From Anaerococcus sp. (GTDB taxonomy: Bacteria; Bacillota; Clostridia; Tissierellales; Peptoniphilaceae): DNA of 34,661 nt. The stretch spans positions 1-34,661 of the forward strand of contig JBQDYR010000001.1 in NCBI GenBank assembly GCA_052105355.1. The letters run 5' to 3'. Shown in pieces: positions 28,724-34,661 of the stretch. The translations under genes and the position numbers were made by a program. A model generated the notes under the pieces. The model was not told the DNA's origin and searched no databases. It saw only the letters and a list, made by a program, of their open reading frames with translations. How positions within the stretch are numbered: the stretch's first letter is position 1; each line of letters starts with the position of its first letter.

Positions 28724-30061
28724 ATGAAAGATGAAAATAAAACTAACGTAAGCGTTGACAATATTTATAAGCTCGATGGTCGTGTTCCTATCAGCAAGGC
28801 AATTCCCTTTGGACTTCAACATGTACTTGCTATGTTTGTTTCAAATTTGGTTCCAATAATAATTGTAGTAGGAGCGGCTACTTCAGCCCATCCTGAATTA
28901 GAAATTGATTTACCAATGTTGATTCAAAATGCAATGATTATAGCTGGATTAGGATCTTTAATTCAACTTTATCCAGTATGGAAAATTGGATCTAGACTTC
29001 CGATTGTAATGGGAGTTAGTTTTACATTTTTAGCATCACTACTCTATGTTGTTACTAACTTTAACTATCAAACTATGATTGGCGCAGTAATAGTCGGTGG
29101 TATTATCGAAGGATGTTTAGGACTATGTGCTAAATATTGGAGAAGATTTATATCTCCTATTGTATCTGCTTGTGTAGTTACATCAATCGGTTTCTCACTA
29201 CTTGGAGTTGGAGCAGCTTCTTTTGGTGGAGGAAATGGAGCTGTAGATTTTGGTTCTGCACAAAATGTAATTGTTGGAACGATTACTTTAATTTCTTGCT
29301 TATCATTTAATGTTTTAGCAAAAGGTTTTTGGAAGCAATTATCTATATTATTTGGACTAATTGTAGGATACATATTATCTATATTTATGGGAATGATTGA
29401 TTTCACACCTATAACACAGAGTGAATTTATTGCTATACCAAAATTTATGCCTTTCGTGCCACAATTTAATATAAGTGCAATCGTAGCACTAGTTGTAGTT
29501 TTCCTTGTGTCTGCAGCAGAGACTATAGGAGATTCTACAGCAGTTTGTGTTGGTGGTTTGGGAAGAGATATTACTGAAAAAGAGATTCAAGGTTCACTTG
29601 CTTGTGACGGATTTATGAGTGCTTTATCTGGAAGTTTTGGATGTACTCCAATAACTTCATTTAGTCAAAATGTTGGACTTGTAGCGATGACAAAAGTTGT
29701 AAATAGATTTACAATAATGTTTGGGGCTTTGGCGCTAATACTTGCAGGTTTATTTCCACCTATAGGAGCTGTATTTTCAACGCTTCCAGAACCTGTTCTT
29801 GGTGGTTGTACAATAATGATGTTTGGTACAATTGTAGTAAGTGGAATGAACATGATTTCAAGATGTGGTTTCACTTCAAGAAATACAACTATTGCAGCAC
29901 TTTCTTTAAGTATAGGGATTGGATTTACACAAGTACCAGAAATTTATAATGTACTACCAAAACTTCTTAGGGATGTATTTTCTGGAAATCCAGTAGCAAA
30001 TGTATTTGTTATTGCCTTAATTTTAAGCTTAGTTCTTCCAAAAAATGAAGAAGATAAATAA
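28724..30061 (+). CDS. Second NCS2 xanthine/urate permease
   Basis: GLQHVLAM, GVSFTF, signature SFSQNVG, VLGG. Confidence 0.92.
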   Translation: MKDENKTNVSVDNIYKLDGRVPISKAIPFGLQHVLAMFVSNLVPIIIVVGAATSAHPELEIDLPMLIQNAMIIAGLGSLIQLYPVWKIGSRLPIVMGVSFTFLASLLYVVTNFNYQTMIGAVIVGGIIEGCLGLCAKYWRRFISPIVSACVVTSIGFSLLGVGAASFGGGNGAVDFGSAQNVIVGTITLISCLSFNVLAKGFWKQLSILFGLIVGYILSIFMGMIDFTPITQSEFIAIPKFMPFVPQFNISAIVALVVVFLVSAAETIGDSTAVCVGGLGRDITEKEIQGSLACDGFMSALSGSFGCTPITSFSQNVGLVAMTKVVNRFTIMFGALALILAGLFPPIGAVFSTLPEPVLGGCTIMMFGTIVVSGMNMISRCGFTSRNTTIAALSLSIGIGFTQVPEIYNVLPKLLRDVFSGNPVANVFVIALILSLVLPKNEEDK

Positions 30062-30128
30062 GAATTTATAAATTAAAATAATAAATTATCTATTATTCTA
30101 TGATACAAATCATAGTTTTATAGGATCT

Positions 30129-30163
30129 AAAAATTTCCTCTAGTAAACTAGGGGAAATTTTTT
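30129..30163. terminator. Rho-independent terminator
   Basis: AAAAATTTCCTCTAG-TAAA-CTAGGGGAAATTTTT. Confidence 0.8.
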
Positions 30164-30430
30164 ATCTTAATCTTCTTAGCAATTTATTAATTTATTTTGA
30201 TTATACTGTATATTTCATTTGTAATTATGACTAGTATTATTTTATTATTATAACTTTTTAGATTCGATTTTAATTATTTATAAATTTACGTAAAACTCAT
30301 ATTGTATTTTATAGCAATATCTTAATTATTAAATAGATAATTTATTTTTGATTTTTCTATAAGTGTTTTAAAATTACTAACTTAATTACAATATAGATAA
30401 AAAAATTAATAAGTCTATATTCATCGAAAT

Positions 30431-30446
30431 ATGTAACATATTAATT
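30431..30446. promoter_or_regulatory. Candidate operator (copy 2)
   Basis: ATGTAA-CATA-TTAATT; 30431-30443 is the exact reverse complement of 17445-17457. Confidence 0.4.
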
Positions 30447-30753
30447 ATAAAAAAACCTTTTATTTTTTGAATTTTAGTGTTATTATATATTCATAAAGAT
30501 ATATCATAGACTGTATTTTATAATATTTAAATATAATTAAATAAGCTTATTGTTTTAAAATTAAAACTTATTCAAAAAAGTATGAGATGTATGTCCTATA
30601 TTCAAGGAATTATAAAATTATTTATTTTAAAATAATATAAAATTATCTCTAACGACAAATTTTATTTACTTGTTAAAGTTTGGAATGAATATATCTCTTA
30701 ATATAAAGTACTTTTGAAACTACAGATTAAATCTGTGGTTAAAAAAATATTTT

Positions 30754-30769
30754 ATGTAATATGTTAGAT
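30754..30769. promoter_or_regulatory. Candidate operator (copy 3), about 50 bp before xdhA
   Basis: ATGTAA-TATG-TTAGAT; 30756-30769 matches 17444-17457 at 13 of 14 positions. Confidence 0.5.
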
Positions 30770-30820
30770 AACAGAAAGGTTTAACTATATTAAAATTATA
30801 TTAATAATGGGAGGTTAACT

Positions 30821-33124
30821 ATGTACGTTGGAAAAAGCGTTGACAGAGTTGATGCATATGACAAGGTAACTGGAAGAGCAAAATACACAGAAGATATGAT
30901 TGCTCCAAATGCATATGTAGCAAAAATTCTACACTCAACTATAGCTCATGGTAGAGTGAAATCGATTGATACTTCAAAAGCTTTAGAACTTACTGGTGTT
31001 ATAAAGGTTATAACATGTTTTGATGTACCAGAATGGTGTTATCCTACAGCTGGACATCCTTGGTCAATGGATCCAAATCACCAAGATAAAGCTGATAGAA
31101 GACTTTTAAATACTCATGTAAGATATTATGGTGATGATATTGCTGTTGTTATAGCACAAGACGAAGTAATTTGTAATCAAGCTTTAAATCTTATTGAAGT
31201 TGATTATGAAGAATATGAAGCGGTATTTGATCCTTTCGAATCTATGAACGGAACAGAGGTATTAATTCATGAAGATAGTCCTAACAATATATTAGCTCAT
31301 ACTACAAACTATAGGGGTGACTATAAAGAAGCTATCAAAGAAGAAGGTCTAATTAAAGTTGAAGGTTGGTATGAAACACCAATGGTCCAACATTCTCATA
31401 TAGAAAACGGAATAGTTTATTCATATGAAGAAGCTGGAAAGGTCGTAGTAGTGGCTTCCACCCAATTACCTCATATAGTTAGACGTGTGTGCGGACAAGC
31501 TTTAGGAATTCCTTGGGGAAAAGTAAGAGTTATTAAACCATACATTGGTGGAGGATTTGGTAATAAGCAAGATGCTCTTTATGAACCACTCGGTGCTTAT
31601 CTTACAACGCAAGTTGGTGGACATCCAGTAGTACTTAATACTTCAAGAGAAGAAACGTTTACATCGACAAGGACTCGTCACCCAATGAATATACACATAA
31701 TTTCATATGTAAGAAAAGATGGATCTTTTGCTGCTAGGAAAATAGAAGTATTTTCAGGAAATGGTGGTTATGCTTCTCATGGTCACTCTATTACATCTAA
31801 GGCTATGAATTGTTTCCACCAACAATATCCATGCGATAATGTTGAAGCGGATGCCTATACAATTTATACAAATCTTCCTGTATCAGGGGCTATGAGAGGT
31901 TATGGAATACCTCAAGCTATGTTTGCAGGTGAGAGTCATATAGAAGATATATGTAAGGCTATAGGTATGGATCCTTTAGAATATAGGATGAAATACGTAA
32001 TGCCAAAAGGTTACATAGATGGATTCTCTCATAATGAAAACTACTATGACACATTTAGAGAATGCTTGTCTGTAGGTAAAAAAGTTACCGATTACTATAA
32101 AAAACGTGAAGAATATAAAAACCAAACTGGTTCAATAAGAAGGGGAATTGGAGCTGCTACATTCTGGTATAACACAGGTGTATATCCAATATCTCTAGAA
32201 AGTTCATCCTGTAGGATGATAGTAAACCAAGATGGATCTTTACAAGTTCAACTTGGAGAAACAGAAATTGGACAAGGTGGAGATACTGCCTTTGCCCAAA
32301 TGACAGCAGATGCTGTAGGGGTACCTTTTGATTCTGTTCACGTTGTAAGTGCTCAAGATACCGATGTAACTCCATTTGGAACAGGTGCCTATGCTTCAAG
32401 ACAAACTTATATGTCAAGTTTTGCTATAACTAAAACAGGAAACATTTTAAAAGAAAAAATCCTTGCAAGAGCAGGAAAAATAAAAGAAATGGCTCCACAA
32501 AACTTAGATTTGGTTGATGGAAATGTTATAAGAAAAGTAGATGGTAGAGTTATGATTACCATGGAAGAGTTAGCATCAACAGCTCTTTATGATACTAAAG
32601 ACAGTGAGCACCTAAGCGCAGAAGCAACTCATACTATTAGGAGTAATGCTTATTCATTTGGTTGTTCGTTTGCAGAAGTAGAAGTAGATATAAACCTAGG
32701 TAAAGTTAAGATTTTAAGACTTGTAAATGTACACGATTGTGGTGACTTAATAAACCCAAGACTTGCAGAGGCTCAAGTTCATGGTGGAATGTCTATGTCT
32801 GTTGGTTTTGCACTTTTAGAAGAAATGAAGCATGACAACAAAGGAAGGATTTTAAATGGAAATCTTCTTGACTATAAGTTGAGTACAACTATGGATCATC
32901 CAAACTTTGAAGCTTACTTTATAGAAAATCCTGAGCCAACATCACCATTCCATACAAAATCTTTGGGAGAACCACCAACTTGTTCTCCAGCACCAGCTAT
33001 AAGAAATGCTATCTTAAATGCTACAGGAATCTCAGTAAATAAAGCTCCTATGACACCACACGTTTTGGTCCCATTATTTAAAGATGCAGGACTTATCGAC
33101 AATGAATTAGAAGAGGTGGAATAA
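30821..33124 (+). CDS. xdhA: Xanthine dehydrogenase family molybdenum-binding subunit (E. coli XdhA-type)
   Basis: KVTGRAKY, PTAGHPWS, STQLPH, GGGFGNKQ, AMRGYG, GQG, ASR, QVHGG, KSLGEP (catalytic Glu). Confidence 0.93.
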   Translation: MYVGKSVDRVDAYDKVTGRAKYTEDMIAPNAYVAKILHSTIAHGRVKSIDTSKALELTGVIKVITCFDVPEWCYPTAGHPWSMDPNHQDKADRRLLNTHVRYYGDDIAVVIAQDEVICNQALNLIEVDYEEYEAVFDPFESMNGTEVLIHEDSPNNILAHTTNYRGDYKEAIKEEGLIKVEGWYETPMVQHSHIENGIVYSYEEAGKVVVVASTQLPHIVRRVCGQALGIPWGKVRVIKPYIGGGFGNKQDALYEPLGAYLTTQVGGHPVVLNTSREETFTSTRTRHPMNIHIISYVRKDGSFAARKIEVFSGNGGYASHGHSITSKAMNCFHQQYPCDNVEADAYTIYTNLPVSGAMRGYGIPQAMFAGESHIEDICKAIGMDPLEYRMKYVMPKGYIDGFSHNENYYDTFRECLSVGKKVTDYYKKREEYKNQTGSIRRGIGAATFWYNTGVYPISLESSSCRMIVNQDGSLQVQLGETEIGQGGDTAFAQMTADAVGVPFDSVHVVSAQDTDVTPFGTGAYASRQTYMSSFAITKTGNILKEKILARAGKIKEMAPQNLDLVDGNVIRKVDGRVMITMEELASTALYDTKDSEHLSAEATHTIRSNAYSFGCSFAEVEVDINLGKVKILRLVNVHDCGDLINPRLAEAQVHGGMSMSVGFALLEEMKHDNKGRILNGNLLDYKLSTTMDHPNFEAYFIENPEPTSPFHTKSLGEPPTCSPAPAIRNAILNATGISVNKAPMTPHVLVPLFKDAGLIDNELEEVE

Positions 33125-33125
33125 T

Positions 33126-34010
33126 ATGTATGATACAAAAGCAATCTATGAAGCTTATACAATAAAAGAAGCTATAAAATTAAAGAAAGAACACCCAGAA
33201 GCTAAATTTATTGGCGGTGGCTCAGACGTTCTAATAAAGATTAGAGAAGGAAAATTAGCAGGGGAAGAACTTATATCCATATATCTTTGTGATGAGTTAA
33301 GAGGTGTAAGTCTTTTAGATAATGGAGATCTTAGAATTGGCGCTCTTACTTCCTTTACGCATATAACAAATAATGAACTGGTACAAAAATATTGTCCTAC
33401 ATTAGGAGAAGCTGTAGATACAGCAGGTGGACCACAACTTAGAAATATTGCAACCATTGGAGGAAATGTCTGCAATGGTGTACCATCTGCAGATTCATCA
33501 ACTACACTTTTCGCATATGATGCAATTATTGAACTTGAAGGTGAAAAAGGAGTTCGTGAGGTTCCAATAAAAGATTTTTATTTGGGATTTGGAAAAGTTG
33601 ACTTAAGAGAAACAGAATTAATGACAAGTTTAAGAATTAAAAAAGAATCCTATGAAGGATATTATGGTCATTATTTCAAGTATGCAATGAGAAATGCTAT
33701 GGATATAGCAACATCATCATGTTCAGTATCTGTAAAATTAAAAGATGGCAATATAATAGAAGATATAAGAGCTGCTTATGGAGTAGCAGGACCTGTACCT
33801 TTAAGAGCTTTTGATGCGGAAAACTCTGTAAAAGGAAAAGAATTAACAGAAGAAACAATGAAAGAATTTGCAAAAAGTGCTTTAAAGGAACTATCTCCTC
33901 GTGATTCATGGAGAGCATCTAAAGCATTAAGAACTCAAATTCTATATGAAATAACTTTAAGATGTTTACAAGATATAGACGCTAAATATAAAGGAGGACA
34001 AGATGCATAG
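33126..34010 (+). CDS. xdhB: Xanthine dehydrogenase FAD-binding subunit
   Basis: GGGSDV, QLRNIATIGGN, SAD, RNAMDIA, SWRAS. Confidence 0.93.
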   Translation: MYDTKAIYEAYTIKEAIKLKKEHPEAKFIGGGSDVLIKIREGKLAGEELISIYLCDELRGVSLLDNGDLRIGALTSFTHITNNELVQKYCPTLGEAVDTAGGPQLRNIATIGGNVCNGVPSADSSTTLFAYDAIIELEGEKGVREVPIKDFYLGFGKVDLRETELMTSLRIKKESYEGYYGHYFKYAMRNAMDIATSSCSVSVKLKDGNIIEDIRAAYGVAGPVPLRAFDAENSVKGKELTEETMKEFAKSALKELSPRDSWRASKALRTQILYEITLRCLQDIDAKYKGGQDA

Positions 34011-34602
34011 TAGCGAACATGGTCCTTTTGGGAAAAGAGAAGAACAAGTTTTACATTATGAGCCACAATACAAGCTTGTTAAATGTAAGGTTAATGGAGT
34101 CGCAGTTGCTAAAATGGTAGACATGAGAGCATCACTAACAGATTTCTTAAGAAATGAATTTTCACTAACTTCAGTTAAAAAAGGATGTGAAGTAGGAGAA
34201 TGTGGTGCATGTTCGGTTATTATAGATGGAGAAACTTTTAATTCATGTATATATCTAGCTATTTGGGCAGAAGGCAAGGACATATGGACCACAGAAGGAA
34301 TAACTCTAAAAGATGGATCCCTATCTATAGTTCAACAAGCCTTCGTTGATGAAGCGGCAGTTCAATGTGGTTTCTGTACACCAGGTTTTATAGTTGCAGC
34401 TACACAAGTAATTTCAAGAGGAAATTACTATACCATAGATGAGCTTAGAAAAGAGCTTGCAAACAATATGTGTAGATGTACTGGATATGAAAATATTCTT
34501 CTAGCTGTACAAAAAGCTAATAACATAGCTAATGGATTTGAATTAGAACCTGAACATAAAGTTAATCGTATTAACGAGGAGAATAAAAAAGATTATATGT
34601 AA
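34003..34602 (+). CDS. xdhC: Xanthine dehydrogenase 2x[2Fe-2S] subunit
   Basis: KKGCEVGECGAC..SC; QCGFCTPG..NMCRCTGY; GGAGG SD before ATG 34003. Confidence 0.93.
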   Translation: MHSSEHGPFGKREEQVLHYEPQYKLVKCKVNGVAVAKMVDMRASLTDFLRNEFSLTSVKKGCEVGECGACSVIIDGETFNSCIYLAIWAEGKDIWTTEGITLKDGSLSIVQQAFVDEAAVQCGFCTPGFIVAATQVISRGNYYTIDELRKELANNMCRCTGYENILLAVQKANNIANGFELEPEHKVNRINEENKKDYM

Positions 34603-34661
34603 ATCTAATTTATTAATAGGCAAAGAGTGTAGATAATAAAATAAATAAAGTCTCGTAAGTT

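Noticed and set aside
30165-30820. Purine riboswitch before xdhA
   Set aside because: I could not find the conserved TATAA..GG..GTTTCTAC..CC.TAAA core; the region is too AT-rich.
1-34661. CRISPR arrays, IS/integrase genes, tRNA or rRNA
   Set aside because: No spaced repeats, transposase or integrase motifs, or GC-rich structured RNA segments seen; nearly all sequence is explained by CDSs.

Overview
A very AT-rich window from an anaerobic Firmicute; style and gene content suggest Tissierellia or Clostridia such as Anaerococcus (inference). The left ~9 kb holds general genes: an SDR running off the window edge, pncB, a HAD phosphatase with sdaAB-sdaAA, an orphan mannose-class PTS IIB, an SdpI-like protein, a GT4 glycosyltransferase, a membrane protein, and a DUF2089/DUF4097 pair. 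The right ~25 kb is one coherent selenium/molybdenum-dependent anaerobic purine (urate) catabolism supercluster. It contains moaA, a moaC-mogA fusion, a MOSC gene and modABC, converging on a minus-strand selD-yedF-DUF3343-cysteine desulfurase operon. That operon is divergent from dpaL-ygeW-ygeY, followed by ygfK-ssnA, two NCS2 purine permeases flanking an 8-oxoguanine-deaminase-like gene with two in-frame stops (TGA and TAG, 21 nt apart), and xdhABC. Most notable: that interrupted deaminase, a palindromic motif (ATGTAA-N4-TTACAT) seen three times upstream of dpaL and xdhA, a Moco operon with MOSC but no moaD/moaE/moeB, and the absence of hyuA, carbamate kinase and yqeB/yqeC from the window. 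I saw no rRNA, tRNA, CRISPR array or transposase. All calls come from reading motifs by eye; no database search was run.
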